A stretch of DNA of 64,000 nucleotides from a virus (IMGVR_UViG_3300027917_001949:32001-96000), one strand, 5' to 3'. Shown: positions 10,857 to 21,618, numbered from the stretch's first letter. Notes: generated by a model not told the origin, from the letters alone. Numbers and translations: made by a program.

Positions 10857-11283
10857 AGGAAAAGCGTTTGAGAAAGAGACAGCAGAATTAGCTGGAAAGT
10901 ATGGTAAGCGAGTCAGGGGTTCAGGTGCTATAGGTACGGTTGATGGATATAGGGCGTACGTCGGAGATGCTAAGTGGTATTTTCCATTCAGGTTTGGTGG
11001 GGGAAATCATATCCATATAGAGTGTAAACACGGGTATGATAGAAGTAAAAAAGAACAGAAGTCGATGACCATCTATCGTGAGTGGTTTGAGAAGCATTTA
11101 GCGCAAGCGAAAGCGTTCGATTTCGTTCCTATGTTCGCAATGAAGTTTAAGTTCACCCAACAAAATGGATTAAGTAAGTTTATGCTGATTCCATTCCCTG
11201 TTATGGAGCAACTCATTAAGGATGTAGAAAACCTGTACCTTGAAAATGAGGAACTTAAAGAGGAGTTAGCAAAGAAACAATGA
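10843..11283 (+). CDS. Holliday junction resolvase-like PD-(D/E)xK nuclease
   Basis: KGKAFEKE..SGA..GD..IECK. Confidence 0.7.
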   Translation: MSVRKGKAFEKETAELAGKYGKRVRGSGAIGTVDGYRAYVGDAKWYFPFRFGGGNHIHIECKHGYDRSKKEQKSMTIYREWFEKHLAQAKAFDFVPMFAMKFKFTQQNGLSKFMLIPFPVMEQLIKDVENLYLENEELKEELAKKQ

Positions 11284-11927
11284 ATCTTACCTTTTTAGAA
11301 GTGCGTGATTTGAACGAAGCGTGGTGGAAATGTATACGTGAAGTCTTGTTACATGGTAGAGATTATATCATAGACAAGGGTAGTTTTGAGGGGCAGAAAC
11401 GAAAGGAATTAGACCTCTTGATTTGTCAAATCAAGTATCCAAATACTAGACCACTTGTACCGGTAGTACCGGACGGTGTCCCACCACCCGCAGATATGCA
11501 CTATGTTGAAACAGATTATCTGCAATATCTCATGACTGATAATAAACAACCGGATGAGATGTATACGTATGGTGAGGATATAGAGAAGCAGTTTATCGAA
11601 ATATGCGAGCGATACAAGAACTATGGGTATAACACGAATCAGCTTACCATGTCCATAGGAAATAGCAATTCAATCTTCTTAGAGCATTCCCAGTGTCTAC
11701 GACTGATTGATACACGGGTATTAGATGGTAAGCTTAATTATGTTGTGTACTTCCGGTCATGGGATTTGTGGGGAGGTTTCCCCGTTAATTTAGCTGGTAT
11801 TCAGTTAATGAAAGAGATGATGGCAGCAGATATAGGGAAAGAGGATGGTGAAATAATTGCTATCAGTAAAGGTCTTCATCTCTATGACCACCAATGGGAA
11901 GTTGGAAAAATAGTTGCGAGGTTATAA
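11280..11927 (+). CDS. thyA: Thymidylate synthase (short ThyA type)
   Basis: YTYGE, QCLRLID, YFRSWDLWGGFPVN, GLHLY. Confidence 0.85.
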   Translation: MNLTFLEVRDLNEAWWKCIREVLLHGRDYIIDKGSFEGQKRKELDLLICQIKYPNTRPLVPVVPDGVPPPADMHYVETDYLQYLMTDNKQPDEMYTYGEDIEKQFIEICERYKNYGYNTNQLTMSIGNSNSIFLEHSQCLRLIDTRVLDGKLNYVVYFRSWDLWGGFPVNLAGIQLMKEMMAADIGKEDGEIIAISKGLHLYDHQWEVGKIVARL

Positions 11928-12922
11928 TGAAGAAAATAGATGCTATAAGAGAAGCAAAGAAAGTTATCGAAACTGGTAATTTCCCTAACGTTCAGGGTGT
12001 CGGGATTGGTTATAAGGTCAAGAATGGGAAGAAGACTAAAGAGCTAGGTGTCATAGTTTTTGTGGATAAGAAGCTTACTGAAGCTCAGTTGACATCACAA
12101 GGTGTGATACCAAAGACAGTAGCGGTTTCTGACAAGGACGTAAAGACAGACGTGGTCGAGTCTGGTACATTTAAAAGTCTCGAATTAACAGATAGAATGA
12201 GACCAATTGTTCCTGGATATTCGGTTGGACATCCAGATATTACGGCTGGTACACTTAGTTGTATTGTGCTGTGTGATGGTGAACTGTGTATCTTGAGCAA
12301 CAATCATGTTCTAGCTAACGTCAACAAGGCTCAGATAGGTGACCCAATTGTCCAACCAGGAACTTATGATGGTGGTTCATTGCCAGATGACATAGTAGCT
12401 ACATTATATGATTATGTTAAAATTGAGACGCTATTGAGCCAGTGCAAGTTTAGTGTAGCGGTTGCCAACTTATTCAATTTCTTTGCGAAGAAAGCTAAGA
12501 AGAAGACTAGGCAGAAGTTAACACCGATTGTCCCAATTGGTAATCTTGTTGATTGTGCGGTAGCATTGATTGCACCAGATACTTCTGTACAACTTGAAGT
12601 ACCGAATATCGGTATTCCGACAGGGATGGTAGATGGTGATTTGGGAATGAGGATTCGTAAGACTGGTAGGACATCTGAGTACACTGAGGGTGAGATTACT
12701 GCGGTTGAGGCAACTATCAATGTTCAGATGGGTGAAGCTGGTATTGCGGTGTTCACTGACCAGATTATAAGTGATATTCCTAGTGCGGGTGGTGACTCGG
12801 GTTCAGCAGTTTTCGATGATGGAACGAACCTAGTAGGGTTGCTGTTTGCAGGTGGTGAAGGAATCACTGTGCTAAACCGAATTCAGAATGTGTTTGAGGC
12901 ATTAGATTTAGAGTTACCATAA
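11927..12922 (+). CDS. Trypsin-like serine protease with N-terminal prodomain
   Basis: Catalytic triad motifs LSNNHV, VDCA, GDSGS. Confidence 0.8.
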   Translation: MKKIDAIREAKKVIETGNFPNVQGVGIGYKVKNGKKTKELGVIVFVDKKLTEAQLTSQGVIPKTVAVSDKDVKTDVVESGTFKSLELTDRMRPIVPGYSVGHPDITAGTLSCIVLCDGELCILSNNHVLANVNKAQIGDPIVQPGTYDGGSLPDDIVATLYDYVKIETLLSQCKFSVAVANLFNFFAKKAKKKTRQKLTPIVPIGNLVDCAVALIAPDTSVQLEVPNIGIPTGMVDGDLGMRIRKTGRTSEYTEGEITAVEATINVQMGEAGIAVFTDQIISDIPSAGGDSGSAVFDDGTNLVGLLFAGGEGITVLNRIQNVFEALDLELP

Positions 12923-13123
12923 GTGCGAAAGAACAAGTATTATACTTTATTTACCAAGGAAGATATTCCAAATGACGAGGAGCGTGTAGCAGTTAATTGT
13001 TACTACGCTGTCCTCGTCCCGTGTAACGAAAAGAGGGCAAGAAGATGCAGGAATGACTCTTTTCGAATGTGGCGTAACTGCCCCAAACAAACGGGTAAAA
13101 GATATAGAGGAGAGACTACATGA
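12923..13123 (+). CDS. Hypothetical protein
   Basis: Fills the gap, coupled to both neighbours. Confidence 0.5.
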   Translation: MRKNKYYTLFTKEDIPNDEERVAVNCYYAVLVPCNEKRARRCRNDSFRMWRNCPKQTGKRYRGETT

Positions 13124-14169
13124 TAGATTGGACTTTTGATAAGTCACGACGTTTGACCGAATTGGTTTGCGACGATGCACGTTACAGTGAATACAAAATT
13201 GCTGAGATTATGACGGAAGAGTTTGGTGAGACTTTCAGCAGAGACGCTGTTCACAACAAGATTATACGTCTTGAAGTTAGGTCTCTTCTTGATAGACCGA
13301 TTCCAGATAGGATGCCATACTATAATGCTTATAAAGATATTATAGAGGGTAATGACGAACCGGATAAAGTCTTCGAGTTGAAACCAGACCAGATGTATAT
13401 CGATTTACCGAAGGATTTAAAGATACTTCATTTAGGTGACCCACACATACCGTTCCAGAACGATGACCAGATACAGGATGCAATCAATAAACACGCAACA
13501 GCGGATATAGTGGTTACGACAGAAGTTATCGATTGTTACTCAATTTCACGATTTAACAAGAATTTAAGTGTTCCGTTCGAGGTTGAGGTTGACAGTGCGG
13601 TGCGGTATTTAGAGACTTTGAGTGAAAATTTCCCACTTGTTATAATCACATCTGGTAACCATGATAAACGAATTGATAAAGCATTTATGCGTGGTGTACC
13701 ACCAGCCCTACTCTGGTTAGTTAAAGGAAGTATTTTAAAACTTCTTGCAAAACCATTTCCTAATGTAATCGTATCAGAGACACCTGTTCTCCAGATAAAT
13801 GATGCGGTGTTCGCTCATGCTGAGTTCTTTTCAAAGATAGATTTAAGGTCTGCAATGAACGTAAGAACATTCTTGCAGGAATGGAAAGAAACCCTTGATT
13901 TGAGAGACTTTAGACTGGTTGTTGAATCACACACTCACATGATGGGTGCAACGTATCGTGGTGGTGCTACTAAAATAATGGAAAGCGGGTGTTTGTGCAA
14001 AGTACCAGACTATGCGGTTATTGGTTTTTACAGTAAACCTCAGACAAACGGGTATATAACCGTTGTTCAACGGGGTGGGGTTACTGATTTTAACGCTACA
14101 CGTGAGTATGTGTTCCCAACTGAGAAGTATGCACCAGATAGTCCAACAGGGGTGAGGTTTGAAATATAA
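13120..14169 (+). CDS. Metallophosphoesterase with N-terminal HTH-like region
   Basis: GDPHIP, GNHD, HAE, SHTH. Confidence 0.75.
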   Translation: MIDWTFDKSRRLTELVCDDARYSEYKIAEIMTEEFGETFSRDAVHNKIIRLEVRSLLDRPIPDRMPYYNAYKDIIEGNDEPDKVFELKPDQMYIDLPKDLKILHLGDPHIPFQNDDQIQDAINKHATADIVVTTEVIDCYSISRFNKNLSVPFEVEVDSAVRYLETLSENFPLVIITSGNHDKRIDKAFMRGVPPALLWLVKGSILKLLAKPFPNVIVSETPVLQINDAVFAHAEFFSKIDLRSAMNVRTFLQEWKETLDLRDFRLVVESHTHMMGATYRGGATKIMESGCLCKVPDYAVIGFYSKPQTNGYITVVQRGGVTDFNATREYVFPTEKYAPDSPTGVRFEI

Positions 14170-14504
14170 TGAGTTATCGAATAGAGGGTGATGGGAGTTA
14201 CAATAATACTAAGATATGGCAGGAAGGTGAATTAATTGAGTGGAATCACTGTCGTATTATTATTAATCCTGAACGGTATTATGCGATAGTTGACGGTGAG
14301 CCTAACCCTTTATCTCGTATCGTACTGTTGGGAATTTATCAGATTGTTGGTGATGGGTCATACTCTAATACAAGACTGTTCGTCGGAGAAACATTCATTC
14401 ACGGTGTTCAACAAGTGTGTTTAGACATTGACAGTAGTTGTCACACGAAGATGACGTTAGATGCAATTTGGTTACCTAACCTAGTGGAGGACGATGGTGT
14501 ATAA
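14169..14504 (+). CDS. Hypothetical protein with internal duplication
   Basis: Two YxIxGDGSYxNT repeats. Confidence 0.6.
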   Translation: MSYRIEGDGSYNNTKIWQEGELIEWNHCRIIINPERYYAIVDGEPNPLSRIVLLGIYQIVGDGSYSNTRLFVGETFIHGVQQVCLDIDSSCHTKMTLDAIWLPNLVEDDGV

Positions 14505-14922
14505 CATTTACGTGGATGGTTCTGCTCGTCCAAACCCTGGTATTGCAGGTTATGGATTGTGGATTGAGCATCGTGGAAACTACCAATCAATTGTTAAGGT
14601 ATTAGCGGGTACGCACACCAATAACGAAGCTGAGTATCATGCTGTTCTGGCTGCACTCCAGTGGATGCAGAGTATCGGTTCGGATGAGGATATTACAATA
14701 TTCAGCGACAGCAAATTGGTGGTGAATCAGCTTAACGGTTCGTGGAAATGCAATGAACCTAAGTTAGTGTATTACCGTAATCGAATAAACGGTATTATAG
14801 AGCAATTTGTGACCAGTGGGTGTTGTGTCGATATACGATGGATTTCTAGGGTAAATAATGAGTTAGCTAATGATTTAGCTCAAGCAATTACTCAAGCAGA
14901 GAAGGAGAGGATAAATGGCTAA
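14494..14922 (+). CDS. rnhA: Ribonuclease HI
   Basis: YVDGSARPNPG, TNNEAEY, SDSKLVVNQ, NELAN. Confidence 0.9.
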   Translation: MVYNIYVDGSARPNPGIAGYGLWIEHRGNYQSIVKVLAGTHTNNEAEYHAVLAALQWMQSIGSDEDITIFSDSKLVVNQLNGSWKCNEPKLVYYRNRINGIIEQFVTSGCCVDIRWISRVNNELANDLAQAITQAEKERING

Positions 14923-15319
14923 ACCAGATACTGAGTTCAGTGAAGTAAAGGATAGTGGAAAACGTCAGGAGTTTAACACTGGTAGTAAGAGAGATACCAG
15001 AGAAGGAAAGGGACGCTATGACCTCATACCAGCGTATGCTCTGTCACGGCTTGCGAAGCACTATGAGAACGGTGCGGATAAGTACGGTGATAGGAACTGG
15101 GAGAAGGGTCAACCACTATCGAGATACCTTGATTCAATGATTCGCCATGGTTTCAAGTTTCTTGGTGGTAGCAGGGATGAAGACCACCTAGCGGCAGTTG
15201 CGTGGAATGCACTTGCTTTTATGGAAACCGAGTACAGGATTAATCAAGGCATACTACCGAAGGAACTGGATGATATAGAACCAGTGAGGCAGATATTGGA
15301 TGGACAAACACAAGAATAA
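14915..15319 (+). CDS. dATP/dGTP diphosphohydrolase-like protein (DUF5664 type)
   Basis: GKGRYDLIP..GADKYGDRNWEKG..RH..EDHLAAVAWN. Confidence 0.75.
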   Translation: MAKPDTEFSEVKDSGKRQEFNTGSKRDTREGKGRYDLIPAYALSRLAKHYENGADKYGDRNWEKGQPLSRYLDSMIRHGFKFLGGSRDEDHLAAVAWNALAFMETEYRINQGILPKELDDIEPVRQILDGQTQE

Positions 15320-15689
15320 AGCATTAGAGGATGATTGTCTCTGTACACAATGTAAGTATAGATTTCAATGTTTTACACAGGAACGAGTGTTTTCTGACCC
15401 ACTCTATCAAGGTTTATTTGAAGCGTTAATGGCTAAGGGTAGGTCACGTGAAGAAGCTATTGAAGAGGTTGCCAACGAGTTAAAACTAAGTATTGGTGGA
15501 GGTTTTAAGTTTACCGGTGACATTGTTGTTGGTGAAACATCATATCCATGGAAGTACTACTATCCAGAGTCAGGTAACACTTTTTCAGTCGATGGAGACC
15601 AAATCACGTACACAATGAGTACAGGAGAGGAAGTTAGCTGGTATGCAGGTACAGACGGAATTGGGGACATACGAATACATTTACAGTGA
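15300..15689 (+). CDS. Hypothetical protein with CxxCxxRFxC motif
   Basis: CLCTQCKYRFQCFT near N-terminus. Confidence 0.6.
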   Translation: MDKHKNKALEDDCLCTQCKYRFQCFTQERVFSDPLYQGLFEALMAKGRSREEAIEEVANELKLSIGGGFKFTGDIVVGETSYPWKYYYPESGNTFSVDGDQITYTMSTGEEVSWYAGTDGIGDIRIHLQ

Positions 15690-17664
15690 GTCGGATGTAC
15701 CCCGTGTCTTAGAAGAATTAAAGCAATATAAATATATTTCATTAGATACTGAGAATAGTGGTGGTCTCGACCCCATCGCAGATACGATTCGAGTATTACT
15801 ATTACAGCTAGAAGCTGGTGGAAAAGCTTTTGTTATTGACGTAAGAAAAGTAAGTATGCATCTGTTCAGTGATATTCTTAGTAATCGACAGTGGATTAAG
15901 ATAATTCAGAATGCCGTGTATGACTACAAGATGATAAAGCATATCTATGGTATTCCAATTAGGGGGATATTTGACACCCAAACGTCGGAATCATTATTGT
16001 TTGCCGGATTAAAGAAAAGCGGGTTTTCGTTAGAGGTCTTAGCAGAAAGTTATGCTGGTATTACTATGAATAAGGATACCGTCATGTCGTTTGTTAACCA
16101 TCCATATGATGAACCGTTCTCTAGTGAACAGCTACGGTATGCGGCAGATGATGTTCTCATTCTACCACGAATACACAATAAACAGCAGAAACTTTTGACT
16201 GAGTATGGTCTTAATCAGACTGCGGCATTGGAATTTGCTCTCATTGAACCAGTAGCGGAGATGGAACTTGCTGGTGTTCGAATCGATGATGAAATGTGGA
16301 AAGTAAGCTTGCAGAACACCAAGGGTAAGTTATTTGAAGTGGCGGCAGAGTTAAGGTCGGTTTTACCTGCACCTACACCACCTCCACCAAAACCGGTCAG
16401 GTTGAGGAAAGATGGTACTCCATATGCTAATCAAGCAAAACCTAAACCACCACCTGTTCTAAATCTTGATAGTTGGAAGCAACTGGTTGTGGCGTTTGAG
16501 GAGATAGGGGTTGATTTAGAGAAAGCTAATAGTGTCACGAAACGTGGTCTCACTAACAATTCAACCATTAAATATGCGCTAACCATGTATCGTGGTGAAT
16601 CCGAGAAAACTAAACCGCTAAATGATTTATTAACTTACCGTGGTCTAAATCAGGTTGTGAAAACTTTTGGTGACAATCTTCTTGCGTTCATCAGAGCAGA
16701 TGGTCGTATTCATGCGAGATTTAACCCGAATGGAACTGATAGTGGTAGGTTTAGTAGTACTGAACCAAATCTTCAGAACATCCAGAAGAAGGGTACAGAG
16801 GGCAAAATTCTGCGTTCGTGCTTTATTCCGGCTGATGGGTATAAATATATTATTGCTGACTATTCTCAGATTGAATTGAGAATTGCGGCAGAGTTAAGTA
16901 ATGACATTGCTATGATGGCAGCTTTCCAAGACCCTAGTAGTGATATTCACCGCTCAACAGCATCTCAGATGTATAAAGTCCCGTATGACAAGGTAACGAA
17001 TGATTTGAGGAAAGCAGCAAAGACACTTAACTTTGGTATCATCTATGGGATGATGATTAAAACTCTATCAGAACGGTTAAACTGTTCCACAGCGGAAGCG
17101 CAAACAGCGTATGATAAGTATGTTGATGCATATGATGGACTGATGAAATGGTTGACTAGTGCGAGCGATAAGTCGTACAAAGATGGTCGTACAAGTACGA
17201 TGGGTGGACGTATCCGATGGTTTCCACGTCTTGACCCCGATACTTTTGAGACGAAACGTGACTTCAAGAACATGGTTGAGTATTACAAGAGAGTCGGTAG
17301 AAACCATCCTGTTCAGGGTACATCTGCGGATATGACAAAGACATCTATTGTACTAATGCATCGTCCATTACTTGAACTTAACGCTAAATTAGTTAATACT
17401 ATTCATGATGAGGTGTGTGTTGAAGCACCAGTCGAGCATACATTTGAAGCGGCACGTATAGTTCGTGACAAGATGATAGAAGCGGGTGAGCGATACCTTA
17501 AAAATATACCTGTTCTCGTTGATGTGAAGATACGTGATTGTTGGTTCAAGGATGATGATGTCGAAGATGATGAATACGGTCAGCAACTATGGCTGATGCC
17601 AAATACTTGGGGATTAGATTTGAGTCGTGACAATGATGACGATGATGTACAAGGAGAGGAATGA
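15643..17664 (+). CDS. polA: DNA polymerase, family A, with 3'-5' exonuclease
   Basis: LDTE, YAADD, SGRFSSTEPNLQNI, ADYSQIELR, AKTLNFGIIYG, IHDE. Confidence 0.95.
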   Translation: MQVQTELGTYEYIYSESDVPRVLEELKQYKYISLDTENSGGLDPIADTIRVLLLQLEAGGKAFVIDVRKVSMHLFSDILSNRQWIKIIQNAVYDYKMIKHIYGIPIRGIFDTQTSESLLFAGLKKSGFSLEVLAESYAGITMNKDTVMSFVNHPYDEPFSSEQLRYAADDVLILPRIHNKQQKLLTEYGLNQTAALEFALIEPVAEMELAGVRIDDEMWKVSLQNTKGKLFEVAAELRSVLPAPTPPPPKPVRLRKDGTPYANQAKPKPPPVLNLDSWKQLVVAFEEIGVDLEKANSVTKRGLTNNSTIKYALTMYRGESEKTKPLNDLLTYRGLNQVVKTFGDNLLAFIRADGRIHARFNPNGTDSGRFSSTEPNLQNIQKKGTEGKILRSCFIPADGYKYIIADYSQIELRIAAELSNDIAMMAAFQDPSSDIHRSTASQMYKVPYDKVTNDLRKAAKTLNFGIIYGMMIKTLSERLNCSTAEAQTAYDKYVDAYDGLMKWLTSASDKSYKDGRTSTMGGRIRWFPRLDPDTFETKRDFKNMVEYYKRVGRNHPVQGTSADMTKTSIVLMHRPLLELNAKLVNTIHDEVCVEAPVEHTFEAARIVRDKMIEAGERYLKNIPVLVDVKIRDCWFKDDDVEDDEYGQQLWLMPNTWGLDLSRDNDDDDVQGEE

Positions 17665-18059
17665 GCTATAAGAGATTTGACAAAGATTTATACAACCAGT
17701 GGGATGATAAAGCAAAGCAAGTTGTCATGACGTATTTTGCATCGAATGGGATACGTTTAAAAGTAAACCCAAATAAATATGGAATTGACCTTTTAGACAG
17801 GGTTGGAGTTGGGGTCGAGGTTGAGGTCAAGGAAGTGTGGGAAGATGTTTTCCCGTTTGAGACAATTCATATACCATACCGTAAAAAGAAGTGGGTGAAC
17901 GGGAAGAACTTGTTTGTTATCTTAAATCGTCGTCTATCTAAAATGGCAATTATTGACAGTGTTGATATGACAAACATTGTAACAAAGGATACGATTTATA
18001 CGGACAAAGAAAAGTTTTATGAGGTATCCATTGATAAGATAACCATAGTTAACTTATAG
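17661..18059 (+). CDS. Putative PD-(D/E)xK nuclease-like phage protein
   Basis: YGIDL..VEVEVK. Confidence 0.5.
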   Translation: MSYKRFDKDLYNQWDDKAKQVVMTYFASNGIRLKVNPNKYGIDLLDRVGVGVEVEVKEVWEDVFPFETIHIPYRKKKWVNGKNLFVILNRRLSKMAIIDSVDMTNIVTKDTIYTDKEKFYEVSIDKITIVNL

Positions 18060-18069
18060 GAGAGGAATA

Positions 18070-18333
18070 ATGGAAATATTTATTTACTTGACAAATGGTA
18101 ATGTTGATGTGTATGAGGTAGATAGTCCATGGAAAGCTAGGGAACACGCAGAAAAAATATGGAAAGGTGGTTACCGAATGCGTGTTGGTTCTAGGATGGA
18201 GTGGTTTGGTCCTCATTACATAGATAAGATTTGTTGGGACATGGATGAAGAGGATTATCTATCTGTTAAATATGAGAGTCCTAAACAGCAAGCTGATAGA
18301 GAATCGGTAAGGGGGCATCGTGGAAGCGCATAG
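18070..18333 (+). CDS. Hypothetical protein
   Basis: Strong RBS (aggagagga). Confidence 0.6.
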   Translation: MEIFIYLTNGNVDVYEVDSPWKAREHAEKIWKGGYRMRVGSRMEWFGPHYIDKICWDMDEEDYLSVKYESPKQQADRESVRGHRGSA

Positions 18334-18907
18334 AAGTCAAAAGGAATGGGACATCCATTTCATGAAAGAGGCAAGGTTATGGATGCCGATGAGCAAATGC
18401 TTATCACGTAAAATCGGCACTGTTCTGGTAAAAGACAACAGAGTCATTGCCACTGGGTATAACGGACCACCAAGTGGGATACCGCACTGTGACCATAGGA
18501 TTATTGATGTAGCAAGCGTACAAGCACCCTATGTTGACTACGTTGTGGACGAGACATGTCCGAGACGTAGATTAGGTATTCCTAGTGGCGAGGGGTTAGA
18601 ATTATGTCCTGCGGTTCACGCTGAAATTAATCCTATTATTCAGGCAGCAAAGATGCACATCTCAACAGAGGGGGCTACTTTGTACTGCTACTGTGGGACA
18701 CCTTGTATCAACTGTTCTAAAGAACTGATTCAAGCAGGGGTGAAACGTATAGTATGTCTTGCGAAGAGCGGTGACCGTAACTGGGACACACCCATTAAAG
18801 ACGGTGACAATCCCGATAAAAGGGAGTTTAACTTTACGTTATCTGAGGAGTTGCTTCGTCTGGCTGGTGTACAGCTTGATATAATTACGGAGGAAGAACT
18901 TGGATAA
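18320..18907 (+). CDS. dCMP deaminase
   Basis: ATGYNG, VHAEIN, PCINC. Confidence 0.9.
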   Translation: MEAHRSQKEWDIHFMKEARLWMPMSKCLSRKIGTVLVKDNRVIATGYNGPPSGIPHCDHRIIDVASVQAPYVDYVVDETCPRRRLGIPSGEGLELCPAVHAEINPIIQAAKMHISTEGATLYCYCGTPCINCSKELIQAGVKRIVCLAKSGDRNWDTPIKDGDNPDKREFNFTLSEELLRLAGVQLDIITEEELG

Positions 18908-19913
18908 GATAGGTGACTTGATAAAGAAGAATGTTGAAAAGTCAACGGAGTTATACGTACCAAAAGGGAGGGTTTCTTGGAGATTGGCTACCGGTATACC
19001 ATCTCTGGACGTAGTTCTTGGTGGTGGATTTCCTGGTGGTTCTATTTCCCAGATATATGGTCCTGAATCATCTGGTAAAACAAGCTTGGCATACAACGTG
19101 GTAGCACAGGCTGTTCAGAACCAATTTGAAACGCTATTGTTATCATTAGAGGACTACTCAGAAGTCTACGCTCAAGCATGTGGCATCGATACAGAATCTC
19201 CATACTATCATGTCTTGGCTGGTGAGTCAGCCGAGCATGTCTTCAACTTTACAGTTGATGCTGCTCGAAATAGTGATGTCAGGGTGATTGTGATGGACTC
19301 CATTTCAGCGGCATCACCAAAGTCAAATCTTGAGAAAAAGCAGAAGACCACAAATCTTGATAAAGGACTAAAACCTGGTGAGAAAGCCAGATTAATTGGT
19401 CATTTTATTGAGCAAGTTAAACCACCTGTTCTGCGTAAAGAGCTTGTGTTTGTTACTGTCAATCAGTTGCGTTCAGACATCGGTAAGTTTGTTTCTGGGT
19501 TAAAACCTAGTGGTGGGATGGCACTTCAATACTTCTCTAATATTAAAATTTCACTGTGGGGTCGTAAAGACAATACAAAGCAGGAGATAGAGACTAGTGT
19601 AAGGGTTGAGAAAGGTAAAGATTGGGACGTTATCCCGTTTGGTGTGACTACACTGTATTTCATACACGGTAAGGGTGTCGATATTGAGCGTGACATATTA
19701 TTGACATGTGAAAAAGGAAACATCGTTAATAAAAGTGGTTCGTGGTTATCTTATATTGACGATTCCGGTAAGGAACATAAATATCAAGGTATGGACAATT
19801 TCGCCACGGTACTTCGTAGTGACTTAACACTTCGTGATGAATTGCGTAGTAAAGCTACTAATGTCGAAGCAGATGTTGAAGAAGAATCAATACTTCCTGA
19901 AAGTGAGGAATAA
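18900..19913 (+). CDS. recA: RecA-like recombinase
   Basis: SLDVVLGGGFP, GPESSGKT, MDSI, NQLR, KSGSW. Confidence 0.9.
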   Translation: MDKIGDLIKKNVEKSTELYVPKGRVSWRLATGIPSLDVVLGGGFPGGSISQIYGPESSGKTSLAYNVVAQAVQNQFETLLLSLEDYSEVYAQACGIDTESPYYHVLAGESAEHVFNFTVDAARNSDVRVIVMDSISAASPKSNLEKKQKTTNLDKGLKPGEKARLIGHFIEQVKPPVLRKELVFVTVNQLRSDIGKFVSGLKPSGGMALQYFSNIKISLWGRKDNTKQEIETSVRVEKGKDWDVIPFGVTTLYFIHGKGVDIERDILLTCEKGNIVNKSGSWLSYIDDSGKEHKYQGMDNFATVLRSDLTLRDELRSKATNVEADVEEESILPESEE

Positions 19914-20061
19914 TGAGTGAGTTAGGTGACATGTGGTATGAGGTATGTCTCGAAATATGGGAAATGGGTAAAGATAGACCTTATCTCAGAGACGAAGCAA
20001 CGATATGGAATGCGTTTGAATACGCATACATGAAGAGGGTTGGTAATGGAGGAGTCAGACA

Positions 20062-20421
20062 ATGTGGCTAGAGCGACCAGATGTAGACGAATATTTAAGA
20101 CTTGTTGATGAACTTGCAGATGTTCAGGACGAATTAAATAAGTTGGAATATCAATACAGTAAAGCGGTGGCAGCTAATGTTCGTTCCGCAATTGGACGTG
20201 GTGCAAAAACTCGTGAGCTTGATTGTGTCAAAGTGCTCGGTAATAATGATGAGGAAAAGCTAAAGCTAGACGCATTGCAGGAGCAGATTTTTGACAAGAA
20301 GAAAAGGACACGTGTGTTGTGGGGTAAGATAGAGGCATGGAAAGCTTACAAGGAGTTATACCGTACGGATAGCTATAATAACTACGGTATTCGTGGGGCA
20401 GGGTTCGGCGATGAAGAATAA
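20062..20421 (+). CDS. Coiled-coil hypothetical protein (possible recombination mediator)
   Basis: Helical ORF with RBS near recA. Confidence 0.5.
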   Translation: MWLERPDVDEYLRLVDELADVQDELNKLEYQYSKAVAANVRSAIGRGAKTRELDCVKVLGNNDEEKLKLDALQEQIFDKKKRTRVLWGKIEAWKAYKELYRTDSYNNYGIRGAGFGDEE

Positions 20422-20435
20422 AGAAAGGTTGATAT

Positions 20436-21182
20436 ATGGAATTTAGTTATACAGCGTTACACTCATTGATGAACTGTGAGTACAGTTATTTCTTAAGGTA
20501 TGTTTTGAGAGTACCTATAAAAGAGTCGTCAGCATCGGTTTATGGTACTGCGATTCACCAAACGATAAAGCTTGGTTATGATAATGACCTGCCACGAGAC
20601 GAGTGGGCAAATGTTTTTCGGCAGCAGTGGATGGAGTTAACATCTAATAAAGACATTGTTTTTGCAAATGAGGGTGAATACCTTAAGAAGTTCAAAGACG
20701 GGGCACAGATGGTTACTGATTATTATGATAAGTTTGTGAAGCGACACAAAGCTCCACAGATGACGGAATTCTTTTTTGGCAGAGACCAAGCGGTGACAAT
20801 CGGTGACGGTCATCTTCTTATAGGAGTATTAGACCAAATTGATGCCAAGAACAGAGTTATTGATTATAAGTCGGGAGTAAAACCAACAAAGAACAAGCTC
20901 GATTTAGACTTGCAGTTTACTGTATATAGTTATGCGTATAGGCAACTCTTTGGTAAGAAAGAGAGTGGTCTAGTGCTACGCCATCTTGGTACTATGAAAG
21001 ATTTGGTGACCACTCGTACAGAGGACGACTTTGCTGTTCTGGAGGAGGAAGTTAACAAGGTAGCAAAAAGATTAAAGGGTAAGTTATACCTTAGAAATCT
21101 TGATAGAAGCTGCGACAATTGTTACTTCATTGAACATTGCTTGGGAAAGGAACGTTCATATGGGAGAAGACAATACTACTAA
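20436..21182 (+). CDS. PD-(D/E)xK RecB/Cas4-like exonuclease
   Basis: SYT..C, GTAIH, GVLDQI, IDYKSG, QFTVY, C-terminal CDNC..C. Confidence 0.85.
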   Translation: MEFSYTALHSLMNCEYSYFLRYVLRVPIKESSASVYGTAIHQTIKLGYDNDLPRDEWANVFRQQWMELTSNKDIVFANEGEYLKKFKDGAQMVTDYYDKFVKRHKAPQMTEFFFGRDQAVTIGDGHLLIGVLDQIDAKNRVIDYKSGVKPTKNKLDLDLQFTVYSYAYRQLFGKKESGLVLRHLGTMKDLVTTRTEDDFAVLEEEVNKVAKRLKGKLYLRNLDRSCDNCYFIEHCLGKERSYGRRQYY

Positions 21183-21618
21183 TATGGCAGTAATCGTGAA
21201 GGATATGCTACGAAATTATTACGACCTCGATACCACATCAAAGATTGACCTTGATAGGGCTATACAATCGTTAATTGATTGTGAAACCTTGGTAGGTGAT
21301 GACCTAATTATCATGCAACTTATTATTGAAGGTGCTAATTACCGTGAGATTTCAAAAATCATTAATAGAAATACTAGATATGTTAGCACAAGATTCAACG
21401 ACCTTGCTCAGACATTGGCGGATGAGCTTGGGGATGAGTATCAAGACACCGTGATATTAAAAAGAGTGTCCGATAAGCTTGGTAGACCGTTGACCTCTGA
21501 TGAGGAAAAATTTTGTTGGAAAGTGATTAGGTCAGGACAGTCTCTTGGAGATGGTCTGAGTATACTTAATTTTAAGGTTGGAAAACGTGGTAGAATTACC
21601 AAGAGAGATGAGGATTAA
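21160..21618 (+). CDS. HTH-containing protein (sigma region 4-like)
   Basis: EGANYREISKII; start moved to MGEDN. Confidence 0.5.
   Translation: MGEDNTTNMAVIVKDMLRNYYDLDTTSKIDLDRAIQSLIDCETLVGDDLIIMQLIIEGANYREISKIINRNTRYVSTRFNDLAQTLADELGDEYQDTVILKRVSDKLGRPLTSDEEKFCWKVIRSGQSLGDGLSILNFKVGKRGRITKRDED

Noticed and set aside
20436-21182. CRISPR-Cas system from the Cas4-like nuclease
   Set aside because: No repeat-spacer array or other cas genes; stand-alone RecB-like nucleases are common in phage replication modules.
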